Below, piece by piece: positions 50,454 through 61,686 of a stretch of 64,000 nucleotides of DNA. This DNA comes from an uncultured Planctomycetota bacterium. GTDB lineage: Bacteria; Planctomycetota; Planctomycetia; Isosphaerales; Isosphaeraceae. How positions within the stretch are numbered: position 1 is the stretch's first letter; each line of letters starts with the position of its first letter. The stretch lies in assembly GCA_963823665.1 (NCBI GenBank), contig CAWGMQ010000004.1, positions 1 to 64,000 of the forward strand. The letters are read 5' to 3'. A model generated the notes under the pieces. That model was given only the letters and a program-made list of their open reading frames with translations, did no database searches and was not told the DNA's origin. Position numbers and translations under genes: made by a program.

Positions 50454-53400
50454 TTACTTGGGCGCGTTCCCGGAACCGGCGATCGGAGGCGGCCCTCCCT
50501 GCTCCTCGAGCTGCTGCCCGCGACGGCGTAATGCCTCGGGTCCGAGAGCATTGACCACTCCCTGGCTGTCGAGCTCCAGTCCGGCCAGTGATTCAGCCCA
50601 GAGCCGGATCGTCTCCACAGTCCCTGGAATCGGCTCCGGCACATTCCAGACAACGAACCTACCCCCCAACCCGCTGACGGCCAGGGTCCGGCCGTCTGCG
50701 GAGGTCGCGACCTGGTTCGCTCCGTCCAGGATCACCGAAGCGCCGATCGCCTTGCCGGTGGCCACGTCCCACAACCGGGCGACGCGGTCGGGCCCGCTGA
50801 TCAGGATGCTCCTTCCATCGGGGCTCAGGGCCACGTGGCGAATTCCGCCTTCGGGATGGAACGGTGGCGGACCCGTCACTTGGCCGGTGGAGATGTTCCA
50901 TACATGGGCAAAGCCGTCGATCAGCAGGAGGATGCTTTTCCCATCGGGGAAGAAGCCGGCCGGGGCCACTTGCGGTCCGCGCACCGGCTCCCCGAGCGGC
51001 CGCCGGGTGGCGCTTGCCCATAGCCGTGCCCCGTCATTATCACTGGTCACGAACGTCTGACCGTCGGGGCTGAAGGCCGCGCAGTGGGCGCCCGAGACGT
51101 GCGGCAACGGATCGCCCACGACCTTGCCGGTGATCGTGTCCCACACCAGCGCCTTGCTACCGCTGCGCTCGACGCCCGGGACGTACCCGACGCCGATCAG
51201 GGCGGTCCGGTCGTCCGGGGAGAGCGCGGCGGAACTGATCCAGCCCACGCAGCGAAGCTCATGCCGCGGACGCCGGCGATCGGCACGGTCCCAGAGCCGG
51301 ACGAGCCCGCCGTTGTCGCCGGTCAAGTACATCTGGCCGTCATGGCTGATCGCCGAGACCGTGACTCGGTCATCGTGAGACATCACCGGCTCGAGCAAGC
51401 GGCGGGTGGAAAGGTCCCAGAGCCGGGCCGTCCGGTCGTCCGCTCCGGTCAAGGCGGTCTCGCCATCCGGGCTGAGGGCCAGTGCCGTGAGCTCGCCGCC
51501 GGTCTGGAACAGCCACTGCGCGAACGAACGCTCACGAGCGATGCCCCAGAGTCGCGCGGCCGCATAACCATCGCCGCCGGCGGAGCCGGTCAGTGCAGTT
51601 GCCCCATCGCGGCTGAAGGCAACGGACCGGACATTACCCTCGTGTACCAGTGGCAGTCCGATCCGGGTGCCGGTTGCAACGACGAAAAAGCGTGCACGCG
51701 TGTCTTCGCAGCCCGTGAGCAGAATCCGCCCGCCAGGGCCGAAAGCCAGGGACCAGACGGGGCCTGGATGCAACAAAGCGTCACCGAGCGGCGTTCCGGT
51801 TGCGGCCGACCAGAGCCGGACCTCGCCGCCGCGGATGCGACGGTCACCCGTCTGCCGGTCGACGTCTTCGACCACTCCGGCGGTGGCCACGATCGCGCCG
51901 TCGGGGCTGAAGGCGACGGCCTTGACCCGCCCGCCGCAAAGCAGATCAGGGTCTCGGCGCCGGCCGGTGGGAACCTCCCACATCCGTGCGCCGCCGTCCA
52001 GACATCCGGTCGCAAAGGTCCGGCCGTCCGGACTGAAGGCCAGCGCCAGCACGGGGCCCGGGGCGGCGAGTACATCGGTTCGCGGCTCTCCCGTTGCGGC
52101 ATCCCAGAGACGGGCCGTCCCATCCGCGGCTCCCGTCGCGATCAGCCGGCCGTCCGGGCTGAACTCCGCGCTCAGCTTCGGGCTGGCACGCGCGTTGAAT
52201 CGCTCCGGCGGGGGATGCCGCAACACTACGCCTTTAAACTTACCGTCGGCAGTTCGAAAAAGCCGTGCCTCAGCGCCCGAGACTGTCAGGAAAGTCTGCC
52301 CATCAGGGCTGAACGACACGTCGGTCACCTCGGCGCGATGCGGCAGTGGGGGCAAGAGCGCGGCGCCGGTCGCGGCGTCCCAGAGTCGGGCTTCGCCGGC
52401 AGATTTCTCGTCGTCTCCACTGCCGGTGAGGATTCGCCGCCCGTCCGGGCTAAAGGCGACGTCCCAGACGTAATACGCATGCACGAGCGGCTCGCCGAGC
52501 GGTTTGCCGGTCGCCGCATCCCAGCGCTGTGCCATGCGATCCTTGCCGCCGGTCAAGGCGGTGCGGCCGTCCGGGCTGAGTGCGACGACCCAGGCCCAGC
52601 TCTTGTGTGCGAACGCTGCCCGCGGTCGCACGAGATGGGCTTGCCACGCGGTCAGGTTGCGCCGGGCAACCTGCTCGAGGCCGGTGTCACCGGCACGAAC
52701 GGCCATCTCGAGCGAACGCGTGAGCCAGAGCAGGCCGCGGGCCGTTTCACCCGTCTCGCAAAGCATGGCGCCCTGGTCGAGGGCGATGCCCGCGGAGAGC
52801 CGCTCGACCTTGCTTAAAGCCTCCTCGGCCCGGCGGCCTTCTTCCTCCGCGTACTGCCGCGCAGTCGTTGCGGCAACGGCTTTCGATTCGGCCCGGCGCC
52901 ACTGCCAGGCGACCAGCCCAACGCCCAGGGCCGTTACCAGCACGACCGTCGCCAGCAGAGCGGCAACCATCGGCCGCCGCCGTGCCCATTTGAATGCCCG
53001 TTCCCACACACGTGCGGGACGGGCCAGAATGGGCTCACCCGAGAGGAAACGGTGCAGGTCTTCGCCCAGCGCGACCGCCGTGGCATATCGCCGGCCCGAG
53101 GACTTCTCCATGCACTTCAGGCAGATCGTCTCGATGTCGCGAGGAACCCCGGGCTGGAATCGCGAAGGCGGGACCGGCTCGGCCGACTTCACCTGCGACA
53201 TCGTCTCGAGCGCAGTCGCCGCCTTGAACGGTGGGCGGCCAGCCAGCAGCACGTAAAGAATCGCCCCCAGCGCGTAAACGTCGGTCGCTGCCCCGACCTG
53301 GTCCGAGAGTCCTTCAGCCTGCTCGGGTGCCATGAAGCTCGGCGAGCCCAGGATCGCCTGCGTCCGCGTCAGACCCGCCTCCCGCTCGAGGTTCTTGGCC

Positions 53401-54236
53401 AGCCCGAAGTCGGCGATCTTCGGCGATCCGTCCGGCTCGAGCAGGATGTTTGCCGGCTTGAGGTCGCGGTGAATGAGGCCCTTGCGATGCGCAACGGCGA
53501 TCGCTCGGGCCAGGGCCTCGACCAGTTTCGCAGCCGCGGCAGGTATCCACGGCGTCCCGTCGAGCTTGCGATCCAGGCTGCCGCCCGACACATACTCCAG
53601 TTCGAGAAACGGTAATCCACCCGCTTCCCCGACGTGGTAGACCTGAACAATTCCCGGGTGCTGCAACCGCGCGACCGCCTCGGCCTCGGCGCGGAACCTT
53701 GCCGCCGCGACCGAGCCGGCGTGCGGCCCGGCCAGGATCATCTTCAGCGCGCAACGGCGGTTCAACGCGATCTTGCACGCCAGGTAGACCACGCCCATCC
53801 CGCCGCGGCCCAGCTCGCCGCGCACCTCGTAGCCGGCCAATCGCAGCGCATCGAGTGCGGCGGACGAAATCTCCGCGCATGGCAACACCGCGCCCGATTC
53901 CGAATCCTCGATCGTCGAGCGGCCGAGTCCGAAGCTCGCCAGGACGGCATCGGCCTGCTCGAGAAACTCGGGAAACCGCTCGGTGTAGGCCGCGGGAGCC
54001 GGAGTCGAGCCGTTCGTCAAGAGAAACTCAACCTCGACGGTCAGCAGACCTCGAAAAAGCTGCGCTCGCATGGGCGCGGGCGCACCGTCGAGAAACGACG
54101 CAATGTCAGGCCGCTCCCCCGCGCGCCACGCCTTCTCAAACCCGTCGCAGATGCGGTCGACAACCTGCAAGTCGGCCCGCGGCAGATTGTTGTCGGCGGC
54201 ATCGGCACCCGAGAACCATTCGCCCAAACTCCCCAA
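50454..54236 (-). CDS. Ser/Thr protein kinase with TM helix and WD40 repeats
   Basis: LGRGGMGVVY, HRDLKPAN, DFGLAK, GSPSFMAPE, DVYALG; about 14 WD40 repeats. Start uncertain. Confidence 0.94.
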   Translation of the reverse strand: MGSLGEWFSGADAADNNLPRADLQVVDRICDGFEKAWRAGERPDIASFLDGAPAPMRAQLFRGLLTVEVEFLLTNGSTPAPAAYTERFPEFLEQADAVLASFGLGRSTIEDSESGAVLPCAEISSAALDALRLAGYEVRGELGRGGMGVVYLACKIALNRRCALKMILAGPHAGSVAAARFRAEAEAVARLQHPGIVQVYHVGEAGGLPFLELEYVSGGSLDRKLDGTPWIPAAAAKLVEALARAIAVAHRKGLIHRDLKPANILLEPDGSPKIADFGLAKNLEREAGLTRTQAILGSPSFMAPEQAEGLSDQVGAATDVYALGAILYVLLAGRPPFKAATALETMSQVKSAEPVPPSRFQPGVPRDIETICLKCMEKSSGRRYATAVALGEDLHRFLSGEPILARPARVWERAFKWARRRPMVAALLATVVLVTALGVGLVAWQWRRAESKAVAATTARQYAEEEGRRAEEALSKVERLSAGIALDQGAMLCETGETARGLLWLTRSLEMAVRAGDTGLEQVARRNLTAWQAHLVRPRAAFAHKSWAWVVALSPDGRTALTGGKDRMAQRWDAATGKPLGEPLVHAYYVWDVAFSPDGRRILTGSGDDEKSAGEARLWDAATGAALLPPLPHRAEVTDVSFSPDGQTFLTVSGAEARLFRTADGKFKGVVLRHPPPERFNARASPKLSAEFSPDGRLIATGAADGTARLWDAATGEPRTDVLAAPGPVLALAFSPDGRTFATGCLDGGARMWEVPTGRRRDPDLLCGGRVKAVAFSPDGAIVATAGVVEDVDRQTGDRRIRGGEVRLWSAATGTPLGDALLHPGPVWSLAFGPGGRILLTGCEDTRARFFVVATGTRIGLPLVHEGNVRSVAFSRDGATALTGSAGGDGYAAARLWGIARERSFAQWLFQTGGELTALALSPDGETALTGADDRTARLWDLSTRRLLEPVMSHDDRVTVSAISHDGQMYLTGDNGGLVRLWDRADRRRPRHELRCVGWISSAALSPDDRTALIGVGYVPGVERSGSKALVWDTITGKVVGDPLPHVSGAHCAAFSPDGQTFVTSDNDGARLWASATRRPLGEPVRGPQVAPAGFFPDGKSILLLIDGFAHVWNISTGQVTGPPPFHPEGGIRHVALSPDGRSILISGPDRVARLWDVATGKAIGASVILDGANQVATSADGRTLAVSGLGGRFVVWNVPEPIPGTVETIRLWAESLAGLELDSQGVVNALGPEALRRRGQQLEEQGGPPPIAGSGNAPK

Positions 54237-54347
54237 GCTGTCGCGACCCGATTCTCACTATGCCAGGAATCACCGGGAACGTCTATCGGTTAGAATGAGC
54301 TCGAGATTCCCGAACCGACCTTCGACCCAGGATGCGGGATGCCCGGC

Positions 54348-56421
54348 ATGATACGCGCGACCAGGTGGCTTACAATCCTTTCCACACTGCCTTGTCTGAT
54401 CTCGGCGACTAGGGCGCGCGGACAGGAACCAGACCGGACAGCCTCCGCACCAGCCCGGATCGTCTGGCCGGGCCAAGAGTGGCAAACCGCCGACTCCCGA
54501 AAGCCAGGGATTCTCCGGCGCGGCACTCGATGCCGCCGCGGCATTTGCAGCGAAGTACGGTGGTGGCAGCGGCTGCATCATCCGCCACGGCTACCTCGTG
54601 AAGGAGTGGGGAGATCCAGCAAAGCTGGCCGACATCAAATCGGCGACCAAGGGGGCCGTGGGAACGACCATTCTGGGGTTGGCTGTGAAAGCCGGCCTGG
54701 TCACGCTCGACGACCTGGCCGTGAAGCACTATCCAGCAATCGGCGTCACTGGCCGTTGAGAATCCCCAAAAGACCGGCTCGCCGAGATCACGATCCGCCA
54801 TCTCGCCACGATGACCGCGGGCTTCGACGACGGCCGGCCGCCCAAGCTGGTGTACCCGCCCGGCACGGATGGCATTTATTCGAACGACTGCGCCAACATG
54901 CTGGCCGAGCTGCTCACACTCCGATTCGGCGAAGACCTGGCCGCAGTGCTCAAGCGCGAAGTGATGGACCCTATCGGCGTGCCGCCCGCGGAGTGGAAGT
55001 GGCGCGACAACGTGTACCGGCCAAAACGATCAACGTCCTGCGGAGCCGCGAGTTCGCTTCCGGCATCACGATCACACACCGGGCTCTGGCGCGAATCGGA
55101 TACCTCTACTTACGCGAAGGAGATTGGAACGGCCGGCGCATCCTTTCCCGGGAGTTCATTCGAACGGCAACCCGGCCGACCGACCTGCCCAGCTTCGTGC
55201 CCTATTACGCGTTCTACTGGGGCAGCAACGGCCGGGGCACGTTCCGCGAGTATGCCGACCGACACCTACTGGGCGCTCGGCCTGGGCGATAGCTTCGTCC
55301 TGGTCTGCCCCAGCCTGGACCTTGTCGCCGTGCGGCTGGGCGTCGGATCGGTGAAATCACAGCTTCCCGGGGGCGACCGACCCGACGAATGGGGCAACCG
55401 CGTCGAGGCGTTTTTCCGCCTTGTCGCAGCAGGCAGCGAGCGCGTCTCGCCCAGTTGAGCCGCGACTGGCCCCGTATCCGCCGAGCCCAGTGATCAAGAG
55501 CGTGACGTGGGCGCCCGAGGCGAGCATCGTCCGCAAGGCAAAAGGGAGCGACAACTGGCCGATCACTTGGGCCGACGACGGAAATCTCTACACCGCGTAC
55601 GGCGACGGCAACGGCTTCGAGCCGGGCATCGCCGAGAAGCTGAGTCTGGGATTCGCCCGGGTTGAGGGTGGCCCGGAGAACTTCAGCCGGCGTCAACATC
55701 CGAGCCGCCAGCGGCGAGCAGACGGGGGACGGCAAGGCCGGCAAGAAGGCAAGCGGATTGCTCATGATCGACGGCATCCTCTATATGTGGGCGCGCAACG
55801 TCGCCAACTCGCAGCTCGCATGGTCGCCTGATCACGGACGAACATGGGAATGGAGCGACTGGACTTTCACGACGAGCTTCGGCTGCCCGACGTTCCTGAA
55901 CTTCGGCAAAGACTACGACGGAGCCCGGGACGATTACGTCTACGTTTACTCGCACGACAGCAGCGACGCGTATGTGCCTGCTGACGGGATGGTGCTCGCG
56001 CGAGTCAGAAAGGAGCGGATCAGGGATCGGAGCTCGTACGAGTTCTTCGCAGGGCGCGACGCGAAGAACCAGACTGTGTGGACGCCCGACATCGCCCGCC
56101 GCGGCATGGTCTTTCGCCATGCCGGCGCGTGCTACCGATCGGGCATCAGCTTACGACGCTGGCCTGAAGCGATACCTGTGGTGCCAGGTGCTGCCAGGTG
56201 AGGACCCGCGGTTCCGCGGCGGCTTCGGAATCTACGACGCGCCCGCGCCCTGGGGCCCGTGGACAACCGCGTTCTTCGCAGAAACCTGGGACGTCGGCCC
56301 GGGGGAGTCCAGTTCGTTTCCGACGAAGTGGATGAGCGCGGACGGCAAGACGATCTACCTGGTGTTCTCCGGGGAAGACAGTTTTTCGGTGCGCAGGGCC
56401 ATTATCGAAGTTCAAAGATAA
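54348..56421 (+). CDS. Serine hydrolase (beta-lactamase family) probably fused to a DUF4185-like domain; multiple frameshifts
   Basis: Signal peptide, WPGQEW, KSATK (SxxK), ITIRHLATMTAG, YSN, LARIGYLYL; then APYPPSPVI...GSDNWPITWADDG..YGDG, SFGCPTFLNFG, APWGPW, FPTKW. Confidence 0.75.
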
Positions 56422-56577
56422 GCTCATGCAATGGCGCAAATCGGCGTGACCACGGTCGTGAGACCGTGGTTCGGACGGGGAACCTCCAACCTCGCACGTA
56501 AGTGCGACCGCCGAAAAGGATCGGACTTAAGCCCGAGTCCGGCGGCGTAGAACCTGAGAAAAGGGCAGAAGTCTTGT

Positions 56578-59500
56578 TCAGTTATCGTCGATTTCGGGAT
56601 TCAATCGCTTGGCCTCCGCGAATTCAGCCTCGGCCTCATTTTCGTCGCCAATTTGTAACAACGCCGCTCCGAGCCCGAAGTGGGCCTCGGCGAAATCGGG
56701 CTTCAAGCGAATCGCCTCGCGGTACTCCCCGATAGACTCGTCGAACCTCTCCTCTAGCATGAAAGCACCACCCAGCATCAAATGGTGGAACGCCTTTTCA
56801 GGTTCAAGCCGAATCGCTTCGCGGAATTCGTCAACGGCCTCGTCGAGCTTTTCCTGACCCTCCAATGCCCTACCGAGGTTGGAGTGCGCTTGGGCGTCTT
56901 GCGGTTTGAGCCGGACGGCCTCGCGATACGCAGCGACCGCCTCATCAAACTTTTTCTGAAGCACGAGGACCAAGCCCACGCTGGAATGGTATAGGGCTTC
57001 GTTGGGTTCGAGTCGGATCGCTTCGCGGAAAGCGGCGACAGCCTCTTCGAGCTTGTTCTGGCCGCTTAGCGAGTTGCCGAGATTGAAGTGCGCCTGGGCG
57101 TGTCCCGGTTCGACCCGGGTCGCCTCGCGGAACGCAACGATCGCTTCATCGAGATTCCCGTTCAGCTTCAGCGCAAGGCCCAAGCTGACATGGTAAAATG
57201 CCTTGCCAGGCTCGAGCCGGACCGCCTCGCGGCAAGCAGTAATGACTTCGTCGAGCTTTTTCTGCTTCCCGAGAACGTGACCGAGAGATGAATGCAGATG
57301 GGCATCTCCCGGCTTGAGCCGGATGGCCTCGCGAAAGGCGGCGACCGCCTCATCAAGCTTTCCCTGACGCTCGAGCGCACTGCCCAGACAATACTGGCAG
57401 TATGAGTCGTCCGGCTTGAGTCGCACCGCTTCGCGACACGCGGAAACGCCCTCGTCGACTTTTTCCAGGCGAAGTAATGCGTTACCGAGCGAGACGTGCA
57501 CCCGGGCGTCGTCCGGTTTGACCTCGACAGCCTCGCGGTAGGCCACAAGCGCCTCGTCGGGCTTACCGGCTTTTTCCAGCGTGTAGCCGAGGTCGAGATG
57601 CAATTTCGGATCGTGGGGCGCGAGCTTGATCGCCTCACGATAAGCGGCCGCCGCCGCGTCATGCTTTCCCTGTGTCAACAACGTGCTGGCCAGGTAGGAG
57701 TGAGCCACGGCATGATCGGGTTTGAGCCGGATTGCCTCCCGGAGCGCGTTGCTCGCTGCGTCGACTTTGTCGCTTTGTGCGAGCGCATAGCCCAGGGCAA
57801 CGTGGGCCTCCGCGTCCAACGGGGCGATCTTGATGGCCTCACGCAGCGAAGCAGCCGCCTCGTCATACTTTTTTTGACGGCTCAGCGCGCGGCCCAAGTA
57901 CAAATGATTCTCGGCGGCCCGAGGATTGAGCGTGGTCGCCTCTCGATAGCTGGAAATCGCTTCGTCGAGCGCGCCGGAGATTTCAAGCACACGGGCAATT
58001 CCGAGCCGATGGTCTGCGTCGCCGGGTGCAAGGCGGATTGCCTCGCGATAAGCAGCAACAGCCTGGGCGTACTTTCCCTGGTCCTCGAGCGCGGAGCCCA
58101 GGCAAGCGTGGGCCTCGGCATTGCTGGGGAGGAGCCGGGTCGCCTCCCGGTAACGCGAGATTGCTTCATCCAGCTTCCCGGTTCTTTCCAACACAAAGCC
58201 CAGTTTGAGCTGGGCGACCACATTCCCGGGCGCGAGCCGAATCGCTTCGCGGAGCGGGCCGACGGCCTCCTCGTGCTTTTTCTGATGCAGTAGGGCGGTA
58301 CCGAGGTAACAGTGTGCTTCGACACTGCCGGGTTGGAGCCGAATCATCTCGCGGTACCTTGAGATCGCCTCGTCCACCTTGCCAGTTTTCTCAAGCGCGT
58401 AGCCGAAGTTGAGCTCAGAGTCTGCCTGACCGGGCTTGAGCCGAATCGCCTCGCGCAGGGCAGTGATCGCCTGGTCGTACTTACCCTGATCCAGAAATGC
58501 GTGGCCGAGATACGAGTGAGCCTGGGCATCGCTGGGATTGATCCGGATCGCCTCGCGAAACGCCGAAATGGCTTCCTCCGGTTTCCCGGTTTGCTCCAAC
58601 GCATACCCGAGGTTGAGTTGGGCCTGCGCGTCGGTGGGCGCGAGTCGAATCGCCTCACGTAGCGCTGGGATGGCCTCATCGTGCTTTCCCTGTTCTACAA
58701 GTATGCGACCGAGATGCGAGTGAGCCTGGGCATCTCGGGGATTGATCCGGATCGCCTCACGAAAACTGGAGACGGCTTCCTCACGTTTCCCGATTTGTCC
58801 TAACGCAAATCCGAGGTTGACCAGGGATTGTGCGTCACCGGGCGCGAGCCGAATCGCTTCGCGTAACACGGGGATGGCCTCGTTATTCTTTCCGGTTCGC
58901 AATAACGTCCGTCCGAGGTCCGCGTACGCCTGGGCACTGGTGGGATTGATCCGGATCGCCTCGCGATATCTGGGGACGGCTTCCTCGGGCTTACCGGTCA
59001 TTGCGAAGGCGAAGGCGAGCAAGAGCTGGCAGTCCGCTTCATCGGGCTTGAGCCGAACCGCCTCGCGCAGGGCAGTGATGGCCTCGACGTGCTTTCCTTG
59101 TCGCGACAACGCACCTCCGAGATACTTGTGAGCCTGCGCGTCGCCGGGTTTCAGCCGGACCGCCTCGCGGTACGCCGCGATCGCCTCGTCAGGCTTGCCG
59201 GACATCTCGAGCGAATAGCCAAGGGTGAGCCGAGTTCCTGGGTCATCGGGTGCGAGACGCACCGCCTCGCGCAAAGGCGCGACGGCCTCGGCGTGCTTTC
59301 CCTGTTCCGAGAGCGCACCGCCGAGGTAGCCCTGAGACTCGGCGTCGCCCGGTCGAAGCCGGATAGCCTCGCGGTAGGCAGCGATCGCTTCGTCGACCCG
59401 CCCGGTTTGTTCGAATGCATAGCCCAAGGAAAGCTGATTGCCTGCAGTGCTAGGCTTGAGACGGATCGCCTCATCGAGCGCGTGCTTGGCGTCGGCAAGC

Positions 59501-60284
59501 TTCCCCTGCCGGTGGAGGGCAACTGCCAGGCTCGTGTGGGCCAGAATGCTCTGCGGCTGTAGCGCTACGGCCGCTGCATACGAGCGTGCGGCCGTCGCCG
59601 AGTCCGCCACCGTCGACCGCTCTAGCTGGTGGTCTCCTTGCTCCATGCAGACCCAGAAATCGCGCGGAAAGCGCCGTGAGGCAACCTGCATGACCGCGGC
59701 AGCCGCCACACGATCATCCACGTCGTAGAGCATGCGGCAAAGGAGCATGAGGCTGTTGGCAGGCTGCTTTTCGAGCTCCTGTGCATCGGCCGCCCGAGCC
59801 TTCAACACCGTCAGGGCATCCGCCGGCGCCCGATCCGCCTGATCACGCAGTGCGGTTCGCCAGGGGTCGGGATCCGCGGTGCGGGCCACCGCAGCCAGCC
59901 GTCGCCACGAGGGAAGTTTCAGAGTCTTGTGACGCATACGGACCCACATGTCGATCGCCGCGGCGATCTCGGGCGTCTCCGCGTGACCAGCGAGCCGCGC
60001 CCGGCGGTCTTGGGGTCGACCACGTCAAGATCGAGCCCGTAACTGCGAAAGGCCGCCGCCAGCTCGCGATCCAGTTGCGGCCGATCGAAGTGCTTGGCGC
60101 TGGAAGCATCCGCCGCCAAGAGATCGGCCAGCAGCTTCCGCTCAGCGTCGCCATCGCGCCGGCCTGCTTCCTGTTGAGCCTCGCCGGGCCGGGGGTTTTC
60201 CTGTTGCGGGCTGGCGCCGAAAGCGCGTTCAGGCGACCCCAGGCAACACGCAATCGCCAAGGCACCGCCTTTCGTCAACGCCAT
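56578..60284 (-). CDS. Very long TPR array protein (~30 repeats); frameshift near 59990
   Basis: 34-aa periodic A..AxREAIRLxP repeats; N-terminal hydrophobic segment and AAAFRSYGLDLD...ADPDPWR region. Start approximate. Confidence 0.88.
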
Positions 60285-60471
60285 CGCGCCGAAGCGCGAG
60301 GGGCGACCATGAAACGGCCTCCTCAACGCAAGCACAACAGAGCGGAACACTCGCCGGACCCCTGTACCCGTGACGTGAAAGCTGCCCAAGAGCAGCTTAG
60401 CAGGTTTCGCCGGCATCAACGAGAGAGCGCAGTACGAGACCCGCGTGGCAGCTGTCCAAACCTTCCGGGTC

Positions 60472-61371
60472 TCATGGCCCGCCGGCCCCCGCGGGGTGGA
60501 CGCGAACGCCGATGGCCTCGAGCGCGGGGCGAATTTCCGCGACGCGCTTCATGTCGCAGGCGTAAAACTCGGCGACTCGCAGGCTCGGGACCTGCAGCAA
60601 GGCGTCGAGCATCGACAGTTTGTTGCACGAGCACACCTCGAGCACAGCCAGACGCGGCAGACACGCGAGCGGATCCAGGCTGGTGAGCCGCGGGAATTCG
60701 CACACACGAAGGGCCTCGAGGCTCTTTAGCCGCTCGATCCCGTGAAGATTCTCGACGCTCCACGTACCGAACAGAGCCAGACACTTCAGTCTCATGTCCG
60801 CGATCGACTCGAAAATCGCGGTGTCATTGAACGTAACGAGACCCAGCGAGGTGACGGTCCGCAGTGCGGCAAGCCTGGCCAGCATGCGTTTCCTGCGGTC
60901 GAAATGGAGATGCAGGTAACGCAGGGCCGGGAACGTCGATGGATCAAACACCACAGGCCATGCCCCGCCCAGTTCTTCGATGATTGGAAATGACACTCGG
61001 TGCGCGAAGGTAACCGGATTCACCTTCGGGTTGAACTCGTCACTAATCCGCAGGCTCTTGAGGCCACCCGGGAGTAGCGTCGGGTGTAGCGTCGCCACGA
61101 TCTGAGGAGGGATGACGAGTGCGGAAAGCCGGGTGAGTCGCGGCAGGTAAGACGGAAGCCCGCGCCGTGCGCTGGTCGCCGCGGTGAACACGCGAAGTGT
61201 TTCAATCGCGCTCGGGTTGACCGACTTCGGCAAGCGTTCCCACGGGAGCAGTCGATTGCCGTGCAGCACAAAGGGATTGCTCGCCAGCTCCGCCGCATCA
61301 GCGACGTACCACCCCGTTTGCGGCCTCCATGTCGGACTCAAGCTGAAAAACGAGTCGATCATGGTCCCCAC
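60472..61371 (-). CDS. Leucine-rich repeat protein
   Basis: LxxLxL repeats: FPALRYLHL, LKSLEALRV..FPRLTSLDPL..LPRLAVLEV..CNKL, VPSLRVAEF. Confidence 0.75.
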   Translation of the reverse strand: MGTMIDSFFSLSPTWRPQTGWYVADAAELASNPFVLHGNRLLPWERLPKSVNPSAIETLRVFTAATSARRGLPSYLPRLTRLSALVIPPQIVATLHPTLLPGGLKSLRISDEFNPKVNPVTFAHRVSFPIIEELGGAWPVVFDPSTFPALRYLHLHFDRRKRMLARLAALRTVTSLGLVTFNDTAIFESIADMRLKCLALFGTWSVENLHGIERLKSLEALRVCEFPRLTSLDPLACLPRLAVLEVCSCNKLSMLDALLQVPSLRVAEFYACDMKRVAEIRPALEAIGVRVHPAGAGGP

Positions 61372-61686
61372 AACGCAACATCACGGAAGGATGTCATCCA
61401 CAGCGATCTGGCCGCTTGCTCGGCCATCGATCACGACGGGAGCCTGAATATAACCCGCCAGCATCCCCACCGGATAGCTCCCATGGCACTGCGGTGGAGA
61501 GGCGATCGCCGCAGGGCAGAACCTTGTGAACTCCCCATGGTCGCGGCTATGCTCGGATCGGGAGGCGAGGCGACTCTCTGCCACGGGGAATTCACAGGCT
61601 AGCCGCGTGATGGAGAGGCTCGGAACGGGCTGATCAGTCCAATCCCCGTGATGCTCGTCACGAACTCCGGATTTGCGGAACTGACG

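Noticed and set aside
54270..54345. Possible ECF sigma remnant upstream of the orphan kinase (VEGRFGNLELIL)
   Set aside because: Similarity to VERKLEVI is too weak and short to support.
56600..59560. 102-bp periodic repeats as a CRISPR array or DGR
   Set aside because: The period equals 34 codons of a TPR gene. There are no identical repeats with unique spacers and no cas or reverse transcriptase gene.
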